A stretch of DNA of 64,000 nt from a virus (Duplodnaviria > Caudoviricetes). How positions within the stretch are numbered: the first letter of the stretch is position 1; every line of letters starts with the position of its first letter. Both the position numbers and the translations under genes were made by a program. Below, piece by piece: positions 63,554-64,000 of this stretch. The DNA is taken from the IMG/VR virus record IMGVR_UViG_2758568729_000001, positions 86,427-150,426 of that record. One strand, written 5' to 3'. The notes under the pieces are model-generated. The model was not told the origin of the DNA. It was given only the letters and a program-made list of their open reading frames with translations, and ran no database searches.

Positions 63554-64000
63554 ATGCCGATCGACCCATCAGCCGCAACCGCGCTCGCTGATGCCATCAA
63601 AACCGCACGAAAACGCCACAAATGGACACAGGAAGTCCTCGTGGAGAAGGTCGGCGCAGACGTCGTAAGCCTGCCCACCATCAAACGCTGGGAAAACGGC
63701 AAAATCGGCAGCCCTGAGGCAGACAAACTCCGCGCCGTCTTTCGCGTGCTCGGCCTCAGCGTCCTCGAAATCCCCGTACTCCTCGGCCTCGTCACCCGCG
63801 AGGAGATGGACCTACCCCCCGAGCCCGTACGGCAGTTCACCGCCCAAACGGAAGAACTCATCGCACTCGTCGAACAAGGGGACATGTCCGACGAGGAGAT
63901 CGGGGCCTTGGTCGAACTCCTCCGGAAGCGCACGGCGAAGCCGTCGGCGAAGAAGGCCAACCCCGCCACGAAGCCAGCACCACGGCGGCAAGCCGGCTAA
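63554..64000 (+). CDS. Immunity repressor (XRE HTH)
   Basis: LADAIKTARKRHKWTQEVLVEKV...SLPTIKRWENG; the only + strand gene; start chosen 6 nt after TATCCT. Confidence 0.88.
   Translation: MPIDPSAATALADAIKTARKRHKWTQEVLVEKVGADVVSLPTIKRWENGKIGSPEADKLRAVFRVLGLSVLEIPVLLGLVTREEMDLPPEPVRQFTAQTEELIALVEQGDMSDEEIGALVELLRKRTAKPSAKKANPATKPAPRRQAG

Overview
The window is one continuous block of a temperate, high-GC actinobacterial siphovirus or prophage. From memory, its DnaN, DnaB and WhiB look most like Micromonosporaceae proteins; I could not run a search to confirm this. Almost all genes are on the minus strand and translationally coupled. From right to left: (1) an immunity switch, with a + strand XRE repressor, a divergent Cro-like gene and four GTGTCA-N4-TGACAC operators; (2) early genes (ParB-like protein, C5 DNA methyltransferase, a run of small membrane proteins, HIT hydrolase); (3) recombination and replication genes (YqaJ/RecT, DnaQ, HNHs, ASCH, RusA-like, DUF5131, two WhiBs, DnaN plus a second clamp-like protein, SSB, initiator, loader, DnaB, DUF550); (4) many small hypothetical genes and putative late regulators; (5) tRNA-fMet; (6) morphogenesis genes from the terminases and portal through protease-scaffold, capsid, neck/tail and the frameshifted chaperone to the tape measure, which is cut at position 1. 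Four features stand out. A ~9.5 kb insert between the capsid and the head-tail adaptor carries 5 glycosyltransferases, 1 methyltransferase and 5 Ala/Thr-rich fibre-like genes, a candidate glycosylated head-appendage system. A stand-alone homolog of the BREX-2/Pgl methyltransferase PglX lacks the catalytic half and is a candidate anti-BREX decoy. A 2H-phosphoesterase domain is embedded in the capsid protease/scaffold polyprotein. The initiator tRNA lacks one of the three anticodon-stem G:C pairs. No integrase, lysin or att site is visible. Family assignments come from motif recognition by eye. Many start codons were moved from the supplied ORF track to starts supported by overlap with the previous stop codon or by an RBS.
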